A stretch of DNA of 64,000 nucleotides from an uncultured Chloroflexia bacterium (GTDB lineage: Bacteria; Chloroflexota; Limnocylindria; Limnocylindrales; CSP1-4), in assembly GCA_963844945.1 (NCBI GenBank), contig CAWJQZ010000046.1:152000-215999 (forward strand), read 5' to 3'. The notes below the pieces were generated by a model. The model was not told the DNA's origin. It did no database searches and saw nothing but the letters and a program-made list of their open reading frames with translations. Positions 47,854 through 58,328 of the stretch are shown piece after piece. The first letter of the stretch is position 1, and every line of letters starts with the position of its first letter. Position numbers and translations under genes: made by a program.

Positions 47854-48915
47854 ATGACGGACGAGCGGGCATCGAAGGCTGCCCGACAGGTCGAGGCCAT
47901 CATCGCGGGGACCGCGAGACGCGACGATGTCTCCGAGGTGAAGTTCCGCGTGGCGGCGCCGAAGCTCGGCGGCGAGGTCGCCTGGGACGCGCCCGGGGCG
48001 CGGCCGCAGCACTTCATCGCGAGCAGCACGAAGCTCTTCACCCTCGCGATCGTCCTCCGCATGCGCGAGCGGCGGTGGCTCGCCTTCGAGACCCGCGCCG
48101 CCGAGCTCCTCCCCTCCGACCTCCTGCGTGGCCTGAACACGTTCGGCGGGACCGACCACTGGGAGGCCTACACGGTCGAGCAGCTGCTGGCCCACACCAC
48201 CGGGATCCCCGACTACTTCGAATCGCCATCGACGGGCGGGCCCACCTTCGTCGAGCGCATGGCGACCGAGGACTTCGGGTGGACGCTCGCCGACGCGCTC
48301 GAGGAGGCGCGGCGCCGGAGGGCGATCTTCGCCCCCGGCCGCGACAGGGCCGTCTACTCGGACACGAACTACCAGCTCATCGGGGCGATCGTGGAGTCCG
48401 TGAGCGGCAAGAGCTTCGCGGAGACGCTGCGGGACGAGGTCCTCGACCCGCTCGGGCTCGCGGATACCTACATGTTCACGGACGCCTCGCTCGACCGGTA
48501 CGACGGGATCTCGCCGATCCTCTTCGGCGCGCGCGCGCCGAGGATCCCTCGGGCGATGGCGTCGTTCGGTCCGGACGGCGGCATCGTCTCGACCACGGCC
48601 GACAGCATGCGGTTCCTCCGGGCGTTCGCCGGCGGCGAGCTCTTCCGCGCCGAGGCGCTCGCGGACGCGACCGCCTACTGGAACAAGGTCTTCCAGCCGC
48701 TCCGGTACGGCGTCGGGGTCATGAAGTTCGAGCTCCCGGCGCTCATGACCGGCTTCCGGAAGGTGCCCCCCATGCTCGGCCACTCCGGCGCCTCGGGGCA
48801 CGTGATGTTCTGGATGCCCGGCCACGACGCGTTCGTGGTGGGGACCGTGAACCAGGCGGAGAAGCGGTCGCTCCCCTACCGGACGATGACGCGGATCGCG
48901 ATCGCCTGCCGGTAG
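47854..48915 (+). CDS. Serine hydrolase (beta-lactamase/class C-like family)
   Basis: Intact 353-aa track ORF. SxxK motif FIASSTKLFT, YSDTNYQLIG, GHSGASGH. Confidence 0.75.
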   Translation: MTDERASKAARQVEAIIAGTARRDDVSEVKFRVAAPKLGGEVAWDAPGARPQHFIASSTKLFTLAIVLRMRERRWLAFETRAAELLPSDLLRGLNTFGGTDHWEAYTVEQLLAHTTGIPDYFESPSTGGPTFVERMATEDFGWTLADALEEARRRRAIFAPGRDRAVYSDTNYQLIGAIVESVSGKSFAETLRDEVLDPLGLADTYMFTDASLDRYDGISPILFGARAPRIPRAMASFGPDGGIVSTTADSMRFLRAFAGGELFRAEALADATAYWNKVFQPLRYGVGVMKFELPALMTGFRKVPPMLGHSGASGHVMFWMPGHDAFVVGTVNQAEKRSLPYRTMTRIAIACR

Positions 48916-48982
48916 GGAGGGCGGCGGCCGGGCGGGCGCGGCGGCCAGCCGGCAGCCGGCTCGCGAGAGGCTCCGGGCATGC

Positions 48983-49015
48983 GAAGGCCCCCGGGACGCG
49001 CGCCCGGGGGCCTTC
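48983..49015. terminator. Bidirectional terminator between convergent serine hydrolase and glnN
   Basis: GAAGGCCCCCGGG-acgcgcg-CCCGGGGGCCTTC, perfect 13-bp stem. Confidence 0.65.
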
Positions 49016-49051
49016 GATGGTCGTGGGCCGCGGCCGCGCCGCCACGGGGTC

Positions 49052-51198
49052 TCAGTACTGGAAGAGGAGCTCGCGGTACTTGGGGAGCGGCCAGAGGTCG
49101 TCGGCGACGAGCGTCTCGAGCTCGTCCGCCACGTCACGGAGCGCGTTCTGCGCCGGGATGACCTTCTCGGCGTAGGCCTTGGCCTCGGCGTGGATGGACT
49201 TCGCCTTGTGCGCCCCGGCCTGCGCCTTCTCGAGGAGGTCGATCGCGGCGACCAGGTCGTCGGCGAGGCCGGCCACCTTCGCCGCGACGGCCCTGACGCC
49301 CTTCGACCCGCCGGCGCGGCACAGCTCGCCGAGGTAGCGGACGGCGGCCGGGAGGATGAGCGTCCGCGCGATGTCGAGCGACGCGATCGCCTCGATGTTC
49401 TGGACCTGGACGTACCGCTCCCAGTTGATCTCGGCGCGCGCCTCGAGCTCGCGCTCGGAGAGGATGCCGAGCCTCGAGAAGAGCTTCTTCGCCTTGGCGG
49501 TCGAGAGCGCCGGGAGCGCCTCGACGGTGGACTTGTTGTTCGGCAGCCCGCGGCGGGCGGCCTCCGCATGCCACTCCTCCGAGTAGCCGTTGCCCTCGAA
49601 GAGGACCTGCTTGTTCGCCCGGACGATCCCCGAGAGGATCTTCGTGAGGCCGTCGAAGTCGCCGGGCGGGAGCTTCTCGAGCTCGTCGGCGAGCTGGCGG
49701 AGCGAGCCCGCCACCGCGGCGTTGAGGATCGTCTGCGGCCAGTAGATCGGCGCCGACGAGCCGACCGCGCGGAACTCGAACTTGTTCCCGGTGAACGCGA
49801 ACGGCGAGGTCCGGTTGCGGTCGGTCGCGTCGCGCGGGAGGCCGGGGAGCGAGTCCGACCCCGAGGTCGAGGTGGCCGCCCTTCTTCGATGCCGATGCCG
49901 GGCCCTGCTCGAGCTGCGTGATGACGTCCTCGAGCTGCGAGCCGAGGAAGATCGAGATGATCGCGGGCGGCGCCTCGTTCGCGCCGAGGCGATGGTCGTT
50001 GCCGGCGTCCGCGATGCTCGCGCGGATGAGGTCCGCGTGGACGTCCACGCCGCGGATGACGGCGAGGAGGAACGCGAGGAACTGCGCGTTCGCGTGCGGG
50101 TCGTGGCCGGGGTCCAGGAGGTTCTCGCCCTCGTCGGTCGCCATGGACCAGTTGTTGTGCTTGCCGGACCCGTTGATGCCGGCGAACGGCTTCTCGTGGA
50201 TGAGCAGCATGAGGCCGTGCTGCGGCGCGAGCGTCCGCAGCGTCGCCATGACGACCATGTTGTGGTCGGAGCCGACCGAGGTCGCCTCGTAGACGGGCGC
50301 CATCTCGAACTGGCCGGGGGCCACCTCGTTGTGGCGGGTCTTCGCCGGGATCCCCAGGCGCCAGAGCTCGCGGTCGAGATCCATCATGAAGGCGAGGATC
50401 CGCTCGCGGATCGGGCCGAAGTACTGGTCCTCGAGCTCCTGGCCCTTGGGCGGCGCGGCGCCGAAGAGCGTGCGGCCGGTGAGGACGAGGTCGGGGCGGA
50501 GCTCGGCGAGGCGCCGGTCGACGAGGAAGTACTCCTGCTCGGGGCCGATGCTCGTGTTGACGCGCGTCGCCGTCGAGTTCCCGAACCACCGGAGGATGCG
50601 GATCGCCTGCTTCCCGAGCGCCTCCTGGGACCGGAGGAGCGGGATCTTGTGGTCGAGCGCCTCGCCCGTGTAGCAGACGTACGCCGTGGGGATCGTGAGC
50701 GTGACGCCGTTCGGCTCGACCTGGAGGAAGATCGGGCTCGTGACGTCCCACGCCGTGTAGCCGCGCGCCTCGAAGGTGGCGCGGATCCCGCCCGACGGGA
50801 ACGAGCTCGCGTCCGGCTCGCCCTGGAGGAGGTTCTTCCCGGAGAACTCGGCGATCGTCTGCCCGTCGCCGGTCGGCGTGAGGAACGAGTCGTGCTTCTC
50901 GGCGGTCGAGCCGGTCATCGGCACGAACCAGTGGGTGTAGTGCGTGGCGCCGTGCGCCATCGCCCACTCCTTCACGCCGTGCGCGACCGCGTCGACGATC
51001 GCGGGGTCGAAGGGCTCGATGCCGGCGATCGTCCGGCGGAGCTTCTGGAAGATCGGCTTCGCGAGGTAGTCGCGCTGCGCGGCCTCGCCGAACACGTACT
51101 GGCCGTAGATGTCGGCGCCGGCGTGCTCGAGGTAGTTCTGGGTGGACGTGACGCGGTGGTTCGCGATCGTCTCGATGGCCTCTGGTTCGCGCGGTCAT
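49052..51198 (-). CDS. glnN: Glutamine synthetase type III; 2 apparent frameshifts
   Basis: ATG 51198, then a frame change within about 12 nt ([38 protein letters not shown] by own translation). Body is track ORF 49134..51095 ([58 protein letters not shown]). C-part is track ORF 49052..49714. Join near 49860. Confidence 0.85.
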
Positions 51199-51517
51199 GC
51201 CTCTCCCGTCCGTGCTGCCGCTGCTCCGTTCTCGTCCCGGTCCCCGGGTACGAACGATCCGGAGAGCGGACCGGGCCTCCCTCCGGATGCACCCGCGAGA
51301 TCCCGGCCGCCCACCCTTCGTGCAGGCAGCACCACTCGCGCGTGAGGGCAGAACCGTACCAGCCGGACGGGTTGCGGTTCAGTATCGGGTGGGTGTTGCG
51401 TGTCGTGCATTTCGCACTGCTCGTGACCGAGCACGCGCGGCCGGGCGCGCGCGGGTAGCATCCCGTGCAGGGTCGGCGGTGCGGCCGACGCGAGGACGAG
51501 CCCCCGGAGGAGCAGCG

Positions 51518-53153
51518 ATGACGAGCGAGCGAGCGGGCCTCCCGGCCGATCCGGCCGGCCTGGTGGACGTGGGGCGCCTCCTCGCCGACTACCACGACCG
51601 CCATCCCGACCCCGACGTCGCCGCGGAGCGCGTCGCGTTCGGGACGTCCGGGCACCGCGGGTCGTCGCTCCACGGCTCCTTCAACGAGGACCACATCCTC
51701 GCGACGACCCAGGCGATCTGCGACCACCGGCGCGCCGCGGGGATCGACGGTCCGCTCTTCCTCGGGCGTGACACGCACGCGCTCTCGGAGCCCGCGACCC
51801 GGACCGCGATCGAGGTCCTCGTCGCCAACGGCGTCGACGTCCGCATCGACGCGGACGACGGGTACACGCCCACCCCCGCCCTCTCCCACGCGATCCTCGT
51901 GCACAACCGGCGCGGGGTCGGCGGGACGGCCGACGGGATCGTCGTCACGCCGTCGCACAACCCGCCCGAGGACGGCGGCTTCAAGTACAACCCGCCGTCC
52001 GGCGGGCCGGCGGACACCTCGATCACGAAGGCGGTGGAGGACGCCGCCAACGGGATGCTCCGGGACGGCCTGCGCGGCGTCCGGCGCGAGCCGTACGAGC
52101 GGGCGGTCGCGCGGTCGGCCGGTACGCGTTCATGGAGACGTACGTGGACGACCTCGGGTCGGTCGTCGACATGGCGGCGATCGCGGGGTCGGGCCTCCGG
52201 ATCGGCGTGGACCCGCTCGGCGGCGCGGCGGTCGCGTACTGGGGCGCGATCCGCGACCGGTACGGCCTCGATCTCACGGTGACGAACCCGACCGTGGACC
52301 CCACGTTCGGCTTCATGACCTGCGACTGGGACGGGCGGATCCGGATGGACCCGTCGTCCCCGTACGCGATGGCGCGGCTCGTGCAGCTGCGCGACCGGTT
52401 CGACCTCGCGCTCGGGAACGACGCGGACGCCGACCGGCACGGCGTGGTCACGCCGACGGGCGGGCTCCTGAACCCCAACCACGTCCTCTCCGCGTTCGTG
52501 GCGTACCTCTTCGGCGGTGCGCGCGCCTGGGGGCCGACGTCGCCGTGGGCAAGACGCTCGTCTCCAGCGGGATGATCGACCGCGTGACCGCGTCGCTCGG
52601 CCGCCGGCTGCTCGAGGTGCCGGTGGGCTTCAAGTGGTTCGTCGACGGCCTCCTCGACGGGACCGTCGGCTTCGGCGGGGAGGAGAGCGCAGGCGCCTCG
52701 CTCCTCCGCATGGACGGGACGACGTGGACCACCGACAAGGACGGGATCGTCGCCTGCCTGCTCGCCGCGGAGCTCACCGCGAAGACCGGCGGGGACCCGG
52801 GCGTGGCGTATGCCGGCCTGACCGAGCGGTTCGGCGCGCCGGCCTACCGGCGGATCGACGCACCGGCCACGCCCGCGCAGAAGGCCGCGCTCGCGCGGCT
52901 CTCGCCCGACCAGGTGCGCGCGTCCACGCTCGCGGGGGAGCCCATCGTCGCGAAGCTCACGACGGCGCCCGGGAACGGGGCGCCGATCGGCGGCCTGAAG
53001 GTCGAGACCGAGCACGGCTGGTTCGCCGCTCGTCCGTCGGGGACCGAGAACGTCTACAAGGTGTACGCGGAGAGCTTCCTCGGCGACGAGCACCTCGCGC
53101 GGATCATCGACGAGGCGCAGGCGGTCGTGACGGAGGCGCTCGGGGCCGCCTGA
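51518..53153 (+). CDS. pgm: Phosphoglucomutase (alpha-D-glucose phosphate-specific); 2 apparent frameshifts
   Basis: GGAGGAG RBS before ATG 51518. [28 protein letters not shown] (ORF 51197..52282). [31 protein letters not shown]...[10 protein letters not shown] (ORF 52132..52575). [16 protein letters not shown]...[12 protein letters not shown]...[20 protein letters not shown] (ORF 51768..53153). Shifts near 52120 and 52530. Confidence 0.9.
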
Positions 53154-53207
53154 GCGCGGGCTCGGGGCGCGGCAGGACGGCCGCGGGGCGGCGAACGCCG
53201 GGGTCCG

Positions 53208-54470
53208 TCAGGCCCGGACCATCCGGTCGGCGATGTCGCACCACTCCCACAGCCGCCGCGGGTCGTAGCGGCACGTGCTGATGTCCTTGAGCGTGAACTC
53301 GACCGGGCAGCCGTTGGCGCGGGTCGCCGCGAGCGTCTCCTCGAAGTCGGCGACGGCGATCTCCGGGACCCACCGATCCATCGCCACCATCGCCGGGTTG
53401 GGCTTGCGCGAGAAGACGTAGTCGCGGCCGATCTCCTCGGCGCCCTTCCGGACCTTCGCCCACGGGCTCATCGAGATCTTGCGGATGTTCGGCATCCGGC
53501 GGACGTACCCGACCCGGTCGTGGAGCGGATCGCAGCAGCCGAAGAGCCCCAGCCCCCAGCGGGCGTAGTAGCGGCTGTAGTACGGGACGACGAACTCCTC
53601 GAACATGGCGTCCGAGGTCGAGACGAAGAGCTGGGAGCGGCCGGAGATCCAGTTGTCGATCGCGCGCGGCTTCAGCGGGTCGAACCCCGGCTTGGGCAGC
53701 TCCGGCGTCTGTGCACCGGTGCAGTGGATCCGGTCCAGCCCGTAGCCCAGCAGCCCCTTCTCCTCGAGGATGTCCAGCTCCGCGAGGCGGACCTCCGTGA
53801 ACCGCTCCGCGATCGCGTGGAGGAACTCCGGCCGGTCGATGAAGTCGTAGAGGATGTTCTCGGTGCCGTGCAGCTGCTCGATGTCGTCCCAGAGGCCGAA
53901 CGAGAACTCCGGGTCGTTGAAGCCCTGCATCCGGACGTCGAGGATCCCGTCGAGGCACTCGTGGGCCTTCGCCTCGACCTCGGCGGTCGCCTCGACGTCG
54001 AGGGAGATCTCCGGCACCCGGAACTTCTCGATGTCCTCCGGCGTGGCCAACTGGTCCTCGTAACGGTGGCTCACGATCGTGTTGCCGTCGCCGACGGGGA
54101 TCGTGTCCTCGGAGATCCCGACGCCGTAGCCGGAGTGGCGGATCACCTTGTAGACGTCCACGTACGGCTCGACCACCATGTCCACCCGCATGTGGCGCCA
54201 GCGATAGAGGGTCTGGCGCAGCTCCTCCTCGAGCCGGCGGCAGAACGGGTCCTCGCTCATGAGCGTGAGCTCGTCGTCCACGTTCATCTCGTGCCACGGC
54301 AGCTCGTCGATCATCGCCATCGGCCGCTGGGGCCGGAGGCCGTTGTGGTCCTCCCAGAGCCTGATGGTCTCCTGCTGCACCGGGAGGGCCGCCAGCTCGG
54401 CGACCTGCGCGGCGAGCTCGCGGACGATCGCGACGTCGCGGACGGGCAGTCCGGCGCTGGTCGTCTGCAT
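53208..54470 (-). CDS. Conserved hypothetical protein, possibly uroporphyrinogen-decarboxylase (URO-D)-like TIM-barrel fold; function unknown
   Basis: Intact 420-aa track ORF with ordinary, non-repetitive composition (…LWEDHNGLRPQRPMAMIDELPWHEMN…LFGCCDPLHDRVGYVRRMPNIRKISMSPWA…). The fold assignment is recall only and weak. Confidence 0.35.
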   Translation of the reverse strand: MQTTSAGLPVRDVAIVRELAAQVAELAALPVQQETIRLWEDHNGLRPQRPMAMIDELPWHEMNVDDELTLMSEDPFCRRLEEELRQTLYRWRHMRVDMVVEPYVDVYKVIRHSGYGVGISEDTIPVGDGNTIVSHRYEDQLATPEDIEKFRVPEISLDVEATAEVEAKAHECLDGILDVRMQGFNDPEFSFGLWDDIEQLHGTENILYDFIDRPEFLHAIAERFTEVRLAELDILEEKGLLGYGLDRIHCTGAQTPELPKPGFDPLKPRAIDNWISGRSQLFVSTSDAMFEEFVVPYYSRYYARWGLGLFGCCDPLHDRVGYVRRMPNIRKISMSPWAKVRKGAEEIGRDYVFSRKPNPAMVAMDRWVPEIAVADFEETLAATRANGCPVEFTLKDISTCRYDPRRLWEWCDIADRMVRA

Positions 54471-54573
54471 CTGGAGTCCCCCCGTGGTGCGCGTGGCGTC
54501 GCCTCGACCCGCCGCGGCGGGCGGCGATCCGGACGGAGAGGGAGGCGACCGGAGCGCGGGTCGACACGAAGCC

Positions 54574-54587
54574 TACAATCGATTGCA
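54574..54587. promoter_or_regulatory. LacI-family operator candidate TACAATCGATTGCA
   Basis: Near-perfect 14-bp palindrome between the divergent hypothetical gene (53208-54470) and the LacI gene. Fits the TGnAAnCGnTTnCA-type LacI/GalR operator pattern. Confidence 0.6.
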
Positions 54588-54691
54588 CGAGGCGTGCGAG
54601 CGATGCGCGGACGCATCCGCGCCCCGGCGGTCCGGGCCGGCGCCTTCGCGTCCGGCACGCACGGAAGACGCCGTCGGGACCGGGCGGGCCG

Positions 54692-55752
54692 ATGAACGGG
54701 GGGTCGAGCACGGTGGGAGGAGGCGCAGGGAAGCCCCGTCGCCGCGCCCTCCTCGTGGACGTCGCCGCGCGCGCCGGGGTGGATCCGTCGACCGCCTCCC
54801 GCGCGCTGCGCGACGATCCGCACGTCGCCCAGCAGACGCGCGCGGCGGTGAAGGCCGCCGCGGCCGAGCTCGACTTCGTGCCGAACATGGCGGCCCGCAG
54901 CCTCCGACTCCGCCGGACGCACGTCCTCGGGATCCTCATCCCCGACCTGCAGGATCCCGTGCACGAAGGGGTCATCTCCGGGTTCGAGCTCGAGGCCCGG
55001 CAGGGCGGGTACGCCGTGATCATGGCCGCCGGCGAGAACGAGGCGGCGCGAGAGCGGCTCGCCCTGAAGGTCTTCATGGAGCACGGCGCGGACGGCGTCG
55101 CCATCGTGTCGAGCGCCCTCTCCCCGGTGAAGGCGCGCGAGCGCGTGGATCCCGACCGGCTCGTGCTCGTGCAGCCGGACCACGTCAGCTCCCTGCGCCG
55201 CGAGGGGCCGGTCCTGCCCGGCGTCATCCAGACGGACGACGCCGGCGGGATGCGGGCGGCCGTGGACCATCTCGTGGACTGCGGCTACCGGCGGGTCGCC
55301 TACGTGGGCGTGGGGAACAGGGCCACGAGCCGGGTGCGGAGGGACGCCGCGGCGGCAGCCCTCCGCGCGCAGGGGCGTGACCGTCCCGATGACCACGTTC
55401 GTGGTCGACCCGGACGCGTGGCGCGCCCCCGAGGAGGTGGCTGCCGCGATGGCGGCCGACCTGCCGGAGGCGATCCTCTGCTACGACGACAAGCTGGCGC
55501 TCGGCCTCATGGACGCGCTGCGGGCCCTCGGCATCCGTGTCCCGGACGACGTCGGCCTCGTCGGGTTCGACGGGATCCCCTTCACGGCGATCTCGAACCC
55601 GCGCCTGACGACGGTGACCACGCCGACGCGGGACCTCGGCCGGCTGGCGGCCGCGGCGCTCATCGGCGTCGCCCAGACCGGGCGACGCCCGGCCGGCGTC
55701 CTGCTGCAGGCCGGAGCTGGTCGTCCGGGAGAGCACGCGCAGGCTCGCCTAG
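54692..55752 (+). CDS. LacI-family transcriptional regulator; 2 apparent frameshifts
   Basis: HTH LLVDVAARAGVDPSTASRALRDDPHVAQQTRAAVKAAAAELDFVPNMAARSLR (track ORF 54692..56014). Sugar-binding domain continues in track ORF 55377..55844 (ILCYDDKLALGLMDALRALGIRVPDDVGLVGFDGIPF). The end QPELVVRESTRRLA is reached by a frame change near 55710. Shifts near 55377 and 55710. Confidence 0.85.
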
Positions 55753-55817
55753 CCGCAGGTCCGCGTCACGCACGGGCGGGCCGCGCCGGCGGCCGAGCCG
55801 CGCGCAACGAACACGGA

Positions 55818-55847
55818 TTGACGCGACGGCGCCACGCCTGCTAGCGT
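55818..55847 (+). promoter_or_regulatory. Candidate sigma-70-type promoter TTGACG-N18-TAGCGT of the Pot-like/DegT/iol operon
   Basis: TTGACG at 55818-55823, TAGCGT at 55842-55847. The LacI box starts 3 nt downstream. Confidence 0.5.
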
Positions 55848-55849
55848 TT

Positions 55850-55863
55850 CACAATCGTTTGCA
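55850..55863. promoter_or_regulatory. Second LacI-family operator candidate CACAATCGTTTGCA
   Basis: 12 of 14 positions match the box at 54574-54587. It overlaps the predicted transcription start of the transporter operon. Confidence 0.6.
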
Positions 55864-56006
55864 GGCCGCGTGGCGGGCGGTCGGCTCGGAGCTCCGAGAG
55901 AAGTGCGAAGCCCGAGCCTGCGCCACCCCCGCGCAGCCGTGTCCCAGGTGCCGGCGCGCCGGTGGCTGCAAGGGGGGACTCGTGCCCGGACGGTGTGGCG
56001 CACGGC

Positions 56007-57132
56007 ATGACTGAACCGTCGCCCGCGATCGAGCTCGTCTCGGTGACGAAGCGCTACGGCGACGCCGTCGCGCTCGACGCGGTCTCGCTCCAGATCGCGA
56101 AGGGCGAGTTCTTCTGCCTCCTGGGACCCTCCGGCTGCGGCAAGACGACGACCCTCAACCTGATCGGCGGCTTCATCCCGCTCTCCGAGGGCGAGCTGCG
56201 GATCGACGGCCGCCGCGTGAACGACCTCCCGCCGCACAAGCGGAGCGTCAACACGGTCTTCCAGAACTACGCGCTCTTCCCGCACATGACGGTCGCCCAG
56301 AACGTCGCGTTCGGGCTGCGGATGGAGCACCTCCCGCAGCAGGAGATCGACGCGCGCGTCGCGCAGTACCTCGAGCTCGTCGGGCTCGCCGGGTACCTCA
56401 GGCGGTTCCCGTCCGAGATGTCGGGCGGGCAGCAGCAGCGGGTCGCGCTCGCCCGGGCCCTCGCGAAGAGGCCCTCGGTCCTCCTGCTCGACGAGCCGCT
56501 CGGGGCGCTCGACCTCAAGCTCCGCAAGCAGATGCAGGCGGAGCTCACCCGCATCCACCGGCAGGTGGGCACGACGTTCGTCTTCGTCACCCACGACCAG
56601 GAGGAGGCCCTCTCGATGGCGACCCGCATCGCCATCATGTCGGACGGCCACGTCATCCAGGTGGGCACCCCGCGGGAGATCTACGAGCGCCCGGTGGACC
56701 GGTTCGTCGCGAACTTCGTCGGCGAGACCAACTTCCTGACCGGCGAGGTCGCTCCAGGACGGCTCGCGCGCCGTGCTGCGCCTCGCCGGCGGCGACGAGA
56801 TCGCCGTCCCGGCCGGGACGGCACCGGGCGCCGCGACGCTCATGATCCGTCCGGAATTGCTCGGCCTCCGGCCGGTCGGGACGGAGTCGGCCGACCCGGG
56901 GATCGTCGGCCGCATCGCGAACATCGCATTCATGGGCAACCACACGCGGATCACGGTCGCCACAGGGAGCGGCGACCTGGTCGTCATGCGGCCGCAAGGC
57001 ATGGGGGCGCGGTCGGCGGGCCCCATCGGAGAGGTCGCGCAGGAGGTCTGCGTATGGTGGTCCGCTTCTGACGCGGCGCTCATCGGCGACAGCGAGAACA
57101 CACGAGGAGGAGGACTCGGTGGACCAGCTTGA
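56007..57132 (+). CDS. ABC transporter ATP-binding protein, spermidine/putrescine (PotA)-type; 1 apparent frameshift
   Basis: ATG 56007 in track ORF 55962..57071. LLGPSGCGKTTTLNLIGG, MSGGQQQRVALARALAKRPSVLLLDEPLGALD. TOBE-like tail in track ORF 56773..57132. Join near 56752. Confidence 0.85.
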
Positions 57133-58303
57133 GCGAGAGCTCACTCGACGCCATTTCCTGAAGGCCGCCGGCGTGGCGGGAGCGGCGATCGGGCTCGGCG
57201 GCATCGCCGCGGCCTGCTCGACCGGGAGCTCGGCGAGCCCGTCGGCGAGCGGCGCGGCGGCGGCCGGCGCCGGGGCCAGCGTCGCCGGGAGCCCGGCCGC
57301 GAGCTTCCCGATGGTCGCGGGCCAGTTCAACTGGATGACCTGGAGCGACCACTGGTACCAGGAGCAGCTCGACCAGGTCGCGAAGGACTACCAGATCGTC
57401 CCGAACATCACCGAGCTCGCGGACAACGCCGACGGCTTCACGAAGCTCAAGGAGGTCCAGGGCCAGCTCGACATGATCTCGGGCGACGCGCTGTGGGTCC
57501 CCAAGTACTACGAGGCCGGGCTCATCGACGCGTGGGACCTCAACGCGCTCCCCGTCTCCCAGCAGCTCTTCTCGGTCGCGCGCGAGTTCAAGATCTGGAC
57601 CACCCCGGAGGGCTACCTCGGGTACCCGTTCGGCTGGTCGCCGGTGCAGATCTACTACAACCCCGCGTACGTCAAGCCGGCGCCGGACTCCTGGCAGGTG
57701 CTCATCGACCCCAAGTACAAGAAGCGGGTGGTCGTCGAGAACCAGCCGACGGACAACGTCGCGTACATGGGCAAGCTCAACGGCGTCGCGAACCCGTACG
57801 ACATGACGCCCGACGAGCTCGCGAAGGCGAAGGAGTCGCTCATCGCCCTCAAGCCGAACATCCTCAAGCTCTCCCAGCAGAACACGGAGACGGTGAACGC
57901 GCTCGCGAGCGGCGAGGCGTGGCTCTCGATCGGCTACCTCGGGATGGACGACCGCGTGAAGGAGGCCGGCGGCCCGCTCGTGATCCCCTTCATCCCCAAG
58001 GAGGGGACGGTCGGCTGGATGGACGCCGAGATGATCGTGAAGGGTGGCCAGAACACCCCGGTCGTCAAGCCGTTCCTCCAGGTCGCCGAGCAGGCCGAGT
58101 ACATCGCCCAGAACTTCCTCAAGTACGGCCGCCCGCTGTTCAACGAGCAGGCCTACAAGCTCCTCGTGAACCAGGGCCAGCAGGAGCGGGCGGACCGGCT
58201 CCTGTACAACAAGCCCGAGACCGTCGTGAACATGGCCCTCAAGGGCCCCGGCGCGTCCACGCAGGGCGCGATCGACATCTGGAACGAGGTGTTCGGCGCC
58301 TAG
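57119..58303 (+). CDS. ABC substrate-binding lipoprotein, PotD/PotF-like (polyamine/amine-type), Tat signal
   Basis: Intact track ORF. Twin-arginine TRRHFLKAAGVAGAAIGLGGIAAAC with lipobox. Family 1 solute-binding fold. Confidence 0.8.
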   Translation: MDQLERELTRRHFLKAAGVAGAAIGLGGIAAACSTGSSASPSASGAAAAGAGASVAGSPAASFPMVAGQFNWMTWSDHWYQEQLDQVAKDYQIVPNITELADNADGFTKLKEVQGQLDMISGDALWVPKYYEAGLIDAWDLNALPVSQQLFSVAREFKIWTTPEGYLGYPFGWSPVQIYYNPAYVKPAPDSWQVLIDPKYKKRVVVENQPTDNVAYMGKLNGVANPYDMTPDELAKAKESLIALKPNILKLSQQNTETVNALASGEAWLSIGYLGMDDRVKEAGGPLVIPFIPKEGTVGWMDAEMIVKGGQNTPVVKPFLQVAEQAEYIAQNFLKYGRPLFNEQAYKLLVNQGQQERADRLLYNKPETVVNMALKGPGASTQGAIDIWNEVFGA

Positions 58304-58328
58304 GCGACCGAACGGACCGGTCCGAGTC

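Noticed and set aside
51199-51260. glnN leader as a glutamine riboswitch (glnA RNA or Downstream-peptide motif)
   Set aside because: Only superficial resemblance (CGUUC...GAACG stem, ACGGA, GGAGAGG). I cannot reproduce the conserved three-stem and pseudoknot architecture from memory, and those riboswitches are known mainly from cyanobacteria and marine metagenomes. An Infernal scan is needed before any claim.
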